Positions 53,301 through 64,000 of a stretch of DNA of 64,000 bases are shown in pieces. The position numbers were made by a program, and so were the translations under genes. How positions within the stretch are numbered: the first letter of the stretch is position 1; every line of letters starts with the position of its first letter. This DNA comes from Paraspadella gotoi (taxonomy: Eukaryota > Animalia > Chaetognatha): NCBI GenBank assembly GCA_051294375.1, contig CM119271.1:15506770-15570769 (forward strand), read 5' to 3'. Below the pieces are notes generated by a model. That model saw nothing but the letters and a program-made list of their open reading frames with translations. It made no database searches and had not been told where the DNA came from.

Positions 53301-53714
53301 GATATGAGAGAGAATGAGACAGAGAGAGAGAGAGAAGAGAGAGATATATTGATATTGAAAAACGAAAGTGTGAGCTTTAGGCTCGTACTTTAAAATGAGT
53401 GAGAGAGAGAGAGAGAGAGGACTGACCTGACTGACTTTCTGAATGTAGCGCTCTAACTGGACTCGCCGCTCTTCCTTCTCCTTGGCCGAGAGAGCGAAGA
53501 TCTTCCTCGGCGGGAAGGAAGGGAGCTGCGTGAACTCGGAGAGGTCCTTCTTGAGTTGTTCGTGGAGGCGATAGAGTTGGCGATAGCGGAGGGCGCAATG
53601 GAAGGCCCCGTTTATGTGGACGTTGTAGACTGTGAAGGACTTGGCGCCGTCGGAAGGCGCCGAGCCGCCGGCGCCGTTACGCAGCTCCATCGTGTCCGGG
53701 ATGGCGAAATGCAT
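50367..53714 (-). CDS. SNX17: Sorting nexin 17 (PX-FERM), 5 exons
   Basis: MHFAIPDT..YNVHINGAFHC..RYRQL; LQDFESP; YYGYVHF; VTRMRCWR; C-terminal NHAFDGIREDDL*. Confidence 0.95.
51735..51990. repeat. GC-rich minisatellite (GGCCACGCCCAC/CCCACACTTT units) starting at the SNX17 intron 3 donor
   Basis: Degenerate tandem units. Confidence 0.85.
52491..52670 (-). mobile_element. SINE copy with internal deletion in SNX17 intron 2
   Basis: Reverse complement matches 42181-42437. Confidence 0.7.
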
Positions 53715-54332
53715 GGTAGGAGCGGAGGGTGGTGTTTGGGGGGGGGAGGGGTTGTTGTTGTTGTTGTCAAAAACGGAAAGAGCGTTTTATCTTCAGTTGG
53801 GTCTTTAACATGACGGCGGGAGATGAATTCAAGCTCCCGATGGCGTGGGAAAAATCAAAGAGCCCAAGTGACACACTGTCTCGCTCTCAAAAGAGCGTTT
53901 CCGAAATTTCATTGCGACGATATGACAGATCTGACAGATCGGCCGTTAAAGCGGCCAGCGAGAGATTCCGCATCAAGGTTCCATGGCTAAAACGAAAATA
54001 GCGCAAGGGAAAAATACGAGGTTACGAAAAAACAAGAGTAAAGTTATAAATCGCACACATTGTAAAATGTAATCACATTACAGATTCAAACTATCTCCTT
54101 TAAAAGCCCGTACAACTTGGGTTGACAAAATATCATACAAATCCAAGTTTTCCTTAAATGGAACTTGGAATGAAAAAGAGACCATTTACACAAAAGGCCT
54201 CACCATTTTTAAAAAGAAACCTCAAAACCTAATTTTTTTATGACATTTAGGTAGTTAGGATGATGAGCGGGGTCCTACTACAAGGATACTATAATTTAAA
54301 TCCTGAAAATGACCCACCCCCCCATTTTTTTC

Positions 54333-55284
54333 TCAATCCCCATGCCCTCTCGCGGCCAAGATCTCCCGATACGACATCGACAGATAAATGGCCACCATGA
54401 GGACGATAAAGAGATCGTCCAAGAGGCCAAGGAGGCCAAAAATGGCCTCTGGCACGACGTCGAGGGGCGAGATGACGTAGAGGAGGCAACAGAGAACGAG
54501 GACGACGACGCGAAGGCGAAAGAGGGTGGCGAGTCCGCCCACGGTGAAGAGTTCCGACGCTAGATGGCGAAGGATGACGGGAAGGTCGTAGACGTATTCG
54601 AGCCATGGGCGTGGCTCGCCGGAAAACCGCCGGTTGTAGTCGTTGACGGCGGAGGTGACGCGGGATCGATTCTCGGCGGCGTCGTTTTCATCGGCGGCGG
54701 CGGCGTCGTCGTCGTCGGAGGCTCGGCCATTTCCGGCGTTGTCCGGTCGTCCCTCCGTCTCGGCAAAGTTGGCGAAGAGAATGGAGACAGTCTGACGGCA
54801 ACAGGGGCATAACATCGGGTTGAGGCGAGAAGGGTGCTGAGTTCTCCAATAAGTTATCAAGCAATCGCCGCAGAAGAGGTGGCCGCAGTTGGTTTCCACG
54901 GCGAAGCGCGCCTCGGCCAGGCAGACGGGGCACTGGCGGTCGCGGTAATGCCTCATGAAAGAGTTAAACTTGATTTTATTTTTTGATATGGAATTTAAAA
55001 TAGATTTATAAAAAATATTTAACATTACAATACCTCCTCATCTCCGAGCGACGTTCGGCCAAGAATTGTCGTCGAACCTCGTCGGGCGTCGGCCCGTCGG
55101 GATCTTGAGCGGCGAAACGAGCGAGCCCTGGCGGCTGCGAGAGGCTCTTGAGAAGATAAGGGAGGGAGATGAAGAGGAGGAGGAGAAGGATGGAGACGCC
55201 GAGGAGAGCCTCGTTCCCGATTCCCTCGATCAGAGGAGGAAGAGGAGGGGAAAGGATCGAAGTAGATTCGCCGCCCGTTTCCAT
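54333..55284 (-). CDS. RNF170: E3 ubiquitin ligase RNF170, 2 exons
   Basis: IEGIG plus TM; CPVCL..VETNCGHLFCGDC..CPCCRQ; YNRRFSG; YVISPLDVVPEAIFGLLGLLDD. Confidence 0.95.
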
Positions 55285-56179
55285 CGATCTCTCATTCCAA
55301 GCAAAGATATGTTAATTTATAATCATTAATATATATATATAATGATACACGTTTGTTCATCGTTTTAATAACATTCAAGTTTTTTCCAATTTCAACTGGG
55401 AGAAAAAAAAAGTAAACAGAAGACGCAATTTAAAGAAATGAACAATTTGAACATAAATATAACACGAATCAAAACTCGTAAAGACTTGAATCAAAAGACA
55501 ACATTGCGCGAGAATTCATCGACAGTGCAGAAAGAAAGAAAGATATGAGGGCAAACTGGACATTTTCAATACCGGTTTTGAAAATCCCTACTGGAAAAAA
55601 ACAAACAAAAAACAACTACGCTCTGCATGTTCGTTCTTGTGTGTTTGAACCGTTTTTGTGTGTGGGGTACACCATTGCCATGGCGATGAAAGTAAAAATG
55701 ATGATACAGTTTTTCGATGCAACGTGGAGTATCAGTTCCGACTGGACAAGGTTCCATAGTTAGGCTATACGAATTTTTTTCAAAAAATGTCTCATGCTCC
55801 GAAGAATAATGGAATGAGAAAGAATTGAGAAAAAAAATTAAAACCGGACGAACGAAACTTTTTTCGTTTTTTNNNNNNNNNNNNAAAAAAAAAAAAAAAA
55901 AAAAACTGAATAAAACTTTTGAGATCGAATTCCTGGGACCAAAGAAATTTTCTTCAGGGGAAGACGAGATTAAAACATTGAAAAAAAGAGAAGGAAGAAA
56001 TCTCCTTTTATTAAAAACTTCTCTCTCTTTTCTTTTTTTTAAAAACAACTTTTGGGATTTTTAATCTCTTCTTTTCTTCTTCTCTACTTCTTTTCTTCTC
56101 CTCTTTCCTTCTCTTAGCTTCATTTTTCTCTTCTCTCATCTCATCTCATCTCATCAACCCTCTCCCTCCCCCACATCCT

Positions 56180-58575
56180 TCATCTCTTCTTCTTATCCTC
56201 CGTCTCCTCCCCTTCCTCCTCCGTCTCTCCCTCGCTTTCCTCCGTCTCCTCGTAATCTTCTTCCTCCGTGCTCTCCCTTCCTCCCTCTTCCTCCTCATCT
56301 TCCTCCTCCAACCTCCTATATCCCTTCCTCCTCCTCGTCGTCTCCTTCTCTCCATCTTCCTCCGCCACTTCCGCCATCAAGATCTCAGCTTCCTCTTCCT
56401 CTTCCTCCTCCCGCCCAACGACGTCGGGATCTTCCTCTTCCCTCGCTCTCTTCTTGGCCTCCATCGCCTCCAACATTTCGGCCTGGCGCCGTCGCTCTTC
56501 CCTGGCGCGCCGGTTCTTCTCGGCGATGGCGGCGCGGCGCTCCGGCGTCGAAGGCGTGGAGAGGCAGTCCATGCAGCAGACGATGATGAGGCCCATGGTG
56601 AGTCCGCAGGCGAGAGTGGAAAGGCCGAAGACGACGTAAGAGGCCCAGACGGGAAAACCGTAGGTGATGGTCATCAAGTCGTGGGCGCTTTGGACCAGGT
56701 TGGCCAATTTGTAGAAGCCGGACATGGCCTTCATGGCCACGCCTGTTAGAAGGGCGGGAGGGGTTGGGCAAGAGGCAGGATTATGGAAAGGATGAGAAGA
56801 AAAGAGAAGAAAAGAGAAGAAAAAAGAAAAGAGAAGCAAGAAATAAATGAAAATTAAAAAAAGGAAGAGAAAGAGAAGATGTCCCTCGAAAGATCCAATT
56901 GAGTGTTTTAAGATTTTTGAGATTTTGATTACGATGAAAAAAGAGGAAAAGTGAGAGAACCAAATCAACTTACCTTTTTTCTTATCTGAGAGCAAAAGAA
57001 AAGGTGTACAAATCGAAACGAAAAAGAGGAAATAGCTTTTTGGTTTCAAAACGACAACGAACAATGATGACAACAACTAACCGTGAGGTTCGCGCCATTT
57101 TTCTAGGACGGGCGATTGGCGCCATTTTTCGCCCACAACGAATTCCATCATGTCCTCGACGCTTCGCTTCCCAGTGTATTTTCGGTATTCTTTGTCCTAA
57201 GGAAATGAGATAAAGTACTTGAAGCTCGTTTGCATATTAGCATATTTGGATTGTTTATTTATGTATTTTTCTTCTGTTTGTTTAGAAATTTAAAACTAAT
57301 ATTTCCTGATAATTAACAATAAATAAAACCGATTTGATATCTTGAGTAGATCAGAGTCCTACCGTCATCTCTCAGACACTCCCTTTATAGCTACTGGTTG
57401 ACTTATGTAACTGATATTTATTATTAAAAATGATATTACGTTGAGAAAATAACAATGAATAACCCCCACCTTCCGCCCTTCACCATTCAACCCCCACGAA
57501 GCACAATCCCCCCTATCACAGTCTCACAGTCTCACACCTTGACGTGAAAGATGGATGGCAAAGTGGCGATCATCATTCGTCCCGTGAGCCAAGGATTGTC
57601 GGTCACGTCGCACTTGGCCACGCGGGCCTTGCTGCTCTGCAGAGCGTGAAGGTCGCGAGCCAATTCGTCCCAGCGGGGCTGAAGGGCGCGGCAGGCGGGA
57701 CACCAGGGCGCGTAGAACTCGATGAACCATTCGCCGGAATCGAGGCGCTCCCAGTCCGAGTCGGTGATCACGTAGGGAGAAGGGGGGCGGGGATCCGAGA
57801 CTAAGAAGAAAACAGAGAGATTAAACTGATCATCATGAAGAGTAATAAAAGTGTCAGTAATAATAAAGGAACGTTAACTCGATTTAAACAAGACAGAAAA
57901 ACTTAATTCAAAGCTTGCAAGGTCCTCCTGTTTTTATCTTAATAAAAAAAAGATGGAGACTCAACCCACCATAGATTGCCCAAAGTCAGCAGCAAGATAG
58001 TATGGCAACGGGGGGGATATGTATGATGCCCGGGGTGTGAGGCATCTCCGCTGGCGCTCAGGGCTTTGGACTGAGGTGACCACCCCATGTCACTGGCGTG
58101 TTTATGCCGACACCATCACACTTTAACCAGCGAGACCGTGAGGGGATTGAAACTCACAGTTGGTGAATGAGTTCTTAGCTGTTCAAGCCAATGGGACAAG
58201 CTATACGGTCGGCGAATTAAGGATTCGCCACATAGCTCATTGTTTAACTTTCAACCGAAAACTAACAAATAAGCAAAACCCAAATTTTCAAATTGCCGTC
58301 TCAAACTCACCTTCTTCCTCGTGAGAATGAATTTCTCGGAAATGCTCGGCCTCTGTTTCTGAATCGGAATCGTCCGAGTTTTCTTCGGGTTCGGGTTCAG
58401 GTTGAACGCGCTTCCCCGGCGCCAGTCCCATGTCGCTTTCCTCGACGGGAAGCAATTCCTCCAGGAGAGGATCCTCGGCCTTTAGCGTCGGCGCCAGGAA
58501 AGCGAGAACGACGACGACAATGACGACGACGACGGCGCGTCCACGAGAGGCTCTCATCTCCTTCAATGAGTTCAT
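56180..58575 (-). CDS. TMX1: Thioredoxin-related transmembrane protein 1-like, 4 exons
   Basis: Signal peptide; EWFIEFYAPWCPAC; LTGRMMIATLPSIFHVK; TM; acidic tail ending KKKR. Confidence 0.9.
58000..58232 (-). mobile_element. SINE copy in TMX1 intron 1
   Basis: Reverse complement matches 42181-42437. Confidence 0.75.
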
Positions 58576-58947
58576 TTTCCCCTAAGTGTCGAGCACAACC
58601 CTTTTGAGGGGGGAGTCTCTCTCTCTTTTGAGGGGGGAGTTTCTCTCTTTTGAGGGGGAAGTCTCTCCCTTTTCCGCGCGGCGTCAGTACTAAAAATTCA
58701 ACGAACGGATATAATAAATATAAAATATTATTAAAACAAGGAGATAATTTTTGAGGGGCGAAGCTTTTCAAACTATTTAAATTTGATTTCGAATTTCTCA
58801 TCGAGGGATTTGTGAGACTTCAAATTTCGCCTGAACTCGTAGAGAACATTTCCTCAGTCTGTTCGCATGTAGATGTATTTTTCTCGCAGTACTTAATTAA
58901 ATTCAAAGAATAGTAAAGGTTTTAAATAATAAAAATATAATACAACG

Positions 58948-59349
58948 TTAATAAAGTTTTAATCGACCGGTGATGAGGTCCAATTTGTTCTTTGTATCAG
59001 GACCCAAAGAGAGAATTATCTCCTCCTCCTCTTCCTCCTCCTCCTTGTCACCGAGTCGCGCTTCTCGACTGAAGCGGGCAGAGATGGAAGCTGCAGCCGC
59101 CGCCTGCCGCAGCGACGTCAGCCCAGCCGCATCGGGCGTCTTGAGGATCACCTTGGGCTGGCCGGCGGCTTCCCAGCGCCGAAGTAGGTCCGGCGTCGTC
59201 GCCATGGCATCCCGGTAGGCGTCTATGGCGGCGCCGGCGGTGCGGGCGGCAAAGACGCCGCGCGGAAGACGAGCGTTGGATCTGACCACGATGGCCAGAC
59301 GAACCTCGTTTGAGATCCAACTTGGGAAAAATCTTTTGAGGAAATTCAT
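58948..59349 (-). CDS. Peptidyl-tRNA hydrolase 2 (PTH2)-fold protein, intronless, catalytic motifs altered
   Basis: RLAIVVR..; WEAAGQPKVILK; LSLGP..LDLITGRLKLY*. Confidence 0.85.
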   Translation of the reverse strand: MNFLKRFFPSWISNEVRLAIVVRSNARLPRGVFAARTAGAAIDAYRDAMATTPDLLRRWEAAGQPKVILKTPDAAGLTSLRQAAAAASISARFSREARLGDKEEEEEEEEIILSLGPDTKNKLDLITGRLKLY

Positions 59350-59646
59350 TGGTTCAAACTCAAAATGAAACAAAACAAAACAAATTACTTCATTTTAGTT
59401 TAAGTTGTCAAGAAAATAATCATCTGAAAAATACACAAAAATAGATAAAAAATGAATTTATTAAACATTGTTTAATATGACAAGATTTCCCTAACACCCA
59501 ATGGCGTTAATGTGCAATAAATAATAAATAATACTACGCGTCTACGATGAATATGACTTATATAAAGCGTAAAAGCCAAAAAAATATGAATCAATAAGTT
59601 AGTAAAATTATTCACCAAGTTTCTATCAATAAATCTATCAATAAAT

Positions 59647-61063
59647 CTAATCGTCGTCGTCGTCCATCTTAGGCGCCAAGTAGAACCGGATGTAACCCGT
59701 TTCACCGATGGCGTACTCGAGAACGAGGGGAACGTCGAGGGATAAGGAAAGTTTAGCCTGATAAAAAAATAAAAGTATTATTAAAATACTTTGATAAACT
59801 ATGATGAGTATATCTCTTTTTTTTTATCCCCTCTCACCCTCGGCGACAGAGACGTGGCGCGAGTGAAAAGCGACAAATATTTGAGAGCGAAAGTGAGTCT
59901 CGTTTTTTCTTGAAGTTCGATGACGACGGCGTCCTCGTTTCTCGCCGCCGAAGACGACGCAGCCGCCGCGTCGCCGCCAGCGCCGCCGGTTTGAGCCAAC
60001 TTGACGCAACCGGAGGCCAGGTCTCCCTGCGTCAAAGGAAATGAGTTAAGGTCAGTTTCTTTCTGAGAACTATCTCGAAGTTTTTAAGTTTAACTGCGCG
60101 ACTCGATACAATAAGACGCTTCTTTCGCTGTAAATCTGACCCATAAATATAAGATTGAAAATAAAATTATAACGTTTTTTTACGTCGCCATTTTCCCCCC
60201 CCCCTCTCTTTACCTGGGCGGCAAAGGAAACGCCCTCCTTGTCGACGTCGACGACGACGCTCTCCCCGATTTGTCCGAGATCGCGGACGACGCGTTGGAG
60301 CTCCGAGGAGGAGAGGCGGACGACGGCGTCGTAGTCGGTGTCGGGGATTCCGAGATGCTCCGCGTCGAGGTTCATCCGACGGACGTTGAATTCGCTGACT
60401 TTGCGTCGATCGCGAGATTCGAGGACAACACAGATCGAGTCCGAGTTGGGGCTGGCCTTGAGGGGGTTTCATTTCTCTCTTATAGATTTATTTATATTAT
60501 TATTAATTAAAAGACGTTCGGTTCTTTACCTTGATGGTCAAGGCGTCGTCGTTTCCAGCAGTGCGGACGATCTTGGACACGACGCCGAGATCGAGACCAA
60601 GCGAGAGATTTCTGACAATAATTTTTAATCATTAGCTAATAGCTAGTAGTAATAAATCACGAATCTAGCTTAAGCATTATAAATTGGACGTTTCAACGAT
60701 GCAAAAATCTGAAACCATTCGGTTGTTACGGTTTTTACTACGCTAATTAATAATCTTAATACTGAAAACTATAAATGAAAATTTATTTGACTATCCGAAA
60801 TTTCCATACAAAATTTTCAACACCTCATCGGACGACCGACACCCTCGACAGCACCCCACCCACCCTCCAATTCACCTGTCGCATCGAAATTCCTCGAAGG
60901 CGTCGACAGGAATGTTGAGGGCGACGAGGGCGACGTGCGCCGAATCCATCGCCTGGAGACTCAGCCCGTCGGCGCCGCAATCCAACGTCGCCTGATCGAT
61001 CAGCGCCGTGAGGGAATCCAAGAGGCGCTTAAAGAGAGACGCCTGTGCGAACTTGGCTTCCAT
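59647..61063 (-). CDS. PCNA: Proliferating cell nuclear antigen (divergent), 5 exons
   Basis: LSLQAMDSAHVALV; FRCDRNLSLG; MNLDAEHLGIPDTDY; PLVLEY..GYIRFYLAPK. Confidence 0.95.
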
Positions 61064-61527
61064 CTTTAGATTATGGGGGGGGACAGAAAAGCTTGGGTCA
61101 ATCTAAAGTCTGTGAAATTCACGGCGTCAGTCACGTGATAAGGATTCGTATTCACGAAATTTACGGCCTCATTCACGAGATTACTCTGTGGTTTCACGGC
61201 GCCAACCGATTTCAAAAGTTAATCACGCACCGCGTTCATCGTCTCTGTTTCCCCTCACAACAAAAGTTGACAACGCCCTCTCTTTTAAAACTCTGAACCA
61301 AATTAAAAGATGAAAATGAAACTTTTAAATTGTATTACAATTTAGAAAACGTGGTTTTTTTTTATTTCAAAATGGACGCGGGATGGTTTTTTTTTTTTTT
61401 GTTTCGGCGAAAACAAAAAAAACAAAACAAAAAAGAAATTGGAAAGAGAGAAAGGATCGTCGTGAGGCGACGAGAGAGAGAGAGTCTTTTCTTCTTTCTT
61501 CTCGTTCTTCTTCTTCCTCCTCCTCCT

Positions 61528-62086
<559 letters not shown>

Positions 62087-62553
62087 TTTTCAAAAAAATG
62101 TTTTTTCTTTAGTTTATTCTTAGGAATCTGAAAGAATATAATCACATGTAATCATAGAATTATGAAAGATCAACTTCCTTTCGAAAAACTAGAAATAGAA
62201 TGGCAGAATTTTAAAAATAGCTTAATAAAAGTTTATTTTAAAATGTGCGAAAAAAATTTATCAAAAATTGGTCAAACAAATTTCTCAAAGCATCAAATAG
62301 AAAAAAGTATGATAAACTCAAAGATAATAAAAAAAAAAAAAGATTTTTAAAATTGTTTTCAGTCTCGGTTTAAAACCCGAAAATTAACTTAGTTGTTAAC
62401 CCGAATCTTTTCCCCTCAAAACGAAATCAGCAAATTCAGTTTTAATTTCTAGTCTCTTTTTTTTACGAAACGAAATAAAAAAAGGCGATGAATTTAATTA
62501 GTTCAAATTAGGACGATTATTTTGAAACCCTCGTCTCCAGATCGGGTTCGACG

Positions 62554-62558
<5 letters not shown>

Positions 62559-62615
<57 letters not shown>
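62559..62615. repeat. (GA)n microsatellite
   Basis: Perfect GA run. Confidence 0.95.
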
Positions 62616-62617
<2 letters not shown>

Positions 62618-62751
62618 AGGTGAGTTTAATCATTAACTCATTCTGATTTTTTAAGTTTATCCGATCGGCTAAAAATAGATCAAAAACGAAAATAACAGCC
62701 AACGCTATCTGTGTCACCAATAAATAATAAACATGTTAACAGATTGAAAAC

Positions 62752-64000
62752 CTATAACTTCCACGTTTCCCCATCTTCCTCCCTCATCTCTTTCTCATTC
62801 TTCTTCTTCTTCTCCTCTTCTTCGAACAAAGCGAGACACAATTCGCGGACTCGTCGTTTCCTTCCATCATCCATTTGTTCTCGCGTCGTCTTTATTTCTT
62901 CTCTTATCGTCATATCGTCTGGCGTCGCCGGATCCTGCTTCGCGACCGTTTCTGATTGCCCTTCCTTCGACTTGGCCTCAAACTTGGCCCGTCGTCTGAT
63001 TCTTTGCGCCTGTCGTCGTCTAGAGTTCCTACTTTTTATTTTATTCGCGTTAGCATCGTTTTTAGTCACAGCGGCCGAAGTCGTGGGAGTTTTAGCGCTC
63101 ATGAGCGGAACGTCGGTTTTTTGGGTTTTATTCTTTGGGTTTTGTTTTTTTTTAATTATCTGTGATTTCGAGGGATGAGAATTCTCGGTTGGCTTTGATC
63201 TTTTTCGACATCGACGCGAATCCCGAGTCGACGAGTTGGTCAGTTGTCCAGTGGTCGCGCCATGATTTGTGGGGAAATACCCGTCGAAAAAGGCGGAATT
63301 GGAAGAGTCTTCGCGTCCCAGACCCCAATTTCCGTCGGAGGTCGGCCCGTCGCTATGACAACCCAGAGTCTCATTCGTGAATTCATCGTAAGCATCTCCT
63401 TGACCGAAACGATGATAAGAGTTGGCTGAAGATCGGTGCGACTTAGAAAAGAGGAATCTGGGTTTTGGAGATCGAAAGCGATCGAGTCGAGTTTGTCGAT
63501 AAGACGAAGTTTTCCCTGGAGGAGACGTTGAGTCTAAGAAGGAATCGTCGTTCCAACCTTCGGGGTAAATCGAGGAAGAAGCAAACCCGTTGTCGTTGAC
63601 TATTGCGACTAACTCTTTGGATTCAGACCGTTCAAACTCCCTTACATCCGAAGGTCCCGACACCCTTGAAGAAGCTAACTGGTAGTCGCCTAACTTTACA
63701 TCCAGTTCTTGCGACAGAGTTGCAGACCTGTTACTGCCGAGCCTTGCATCCAACTTTCTTGATGACGAATACCGGTCGCCGCCTACTGAAGATTTGAACT
63801 GATGGCCTAACCTTGCATGCAATTCTTTGGGAGAAGTAGACCGGTCCCGGTTGTTGCCTAAATTTGCATCGAACCGGTCGCCATCTCTCCTTGCTGAAGT
63901 AACGAACTGGTTGTCGCCTCTAGACGAAGAAGCGGGCCGGTCACGGCTTTCCCTCTTAACCATCGGTCTAGATGAAGACGTAAACCGGTCGCTGCTCAAC
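62752..64000 (-). CDS. Unknown disordered Ser/Arg-rich protein, large exon open at the window edge
   Basis: 415-codon stop-free frame with basic and coiled-coil-like C-terminus. Confidence 0.6.
   Translation of the reverse strand, partial: LSSDRFTSSSRPMVKRESRDRPASSSRGDNQFVTSARRDGDRFDANLGNNRDRSTSPKELHARLGHQFKSSVGGDRYSSSRKLDARLGSNRSATLSQELDVKLGDYQLASSRVSGPSDVREFERSESKELVAIVNDNGFASSSIYPEGWNDDSFLDSTSPPGKTSSYRQTRLDRFRSPKPRFLFSKSHRSSANSYHRFGQGDAYDEFTNETLGCHSDGPTSDGNWGLGREDSSNSAFFDGYFPTNHGATTGQLTNSSTRDSRRCRKRSKPTENSHPSKSQIIKKKQNPKNKTQKTDVPLMSAKTPTTSAAVTKNDANANKIKSRNSRRRQAQRIRRRAKFEAKSKEGQSETVAKQDPATPDDMTIREEIKTTREQMDDGRKRRVRELCLALFEEEEKKKKNEKEMREEDGETWKL

Overview
This is eukaryotic (metazoan invertebrate) nuclear DNA with AT-rich introns and GC/CpG-rich exons. 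Manual splicing gives 16 distinct intron-containing or single-exon genes. In transcription order on the minus strand they are: unknown ORF, RPS14, PCNA, PTH2-like, TMX1, RNF170, SNX17, COPS2, SNAPC2, a C2H2 zinc-finger gene, CG13380-like, CHSY1, PRC1, boudin-like Ly6, NDUFA5 and (from the + copies) TSFM. All are head-to-tail, often only 300-600 bp apart, which suggests operons resolved by trans-splicing. Bases 1-29.7 kb contain inverted and repeated copies of the PRC1/Ly6/NDUFA5/TSFM block with many indels and 25-N gaps. These are most likely long-read gap-fill or haplotype artefacts, but the copies differ by real TE insertions. Splice signals are unusual: about a quarter of acceptors are AAG, TAG is rare, and there are 2-3 GC-AG introns. 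Mobile DNA includes hAT MITEs, a Tc1 remnant, a tRNA-type SINE family, HINE-like fragments, a minimal hammerhead ribozyme, and a Naiad-type Penelope fragment whose 3' end may fold into a non-canonical ribozyme-like RNA. All gene identities come from recognising the sequences by eye, not from database searches.
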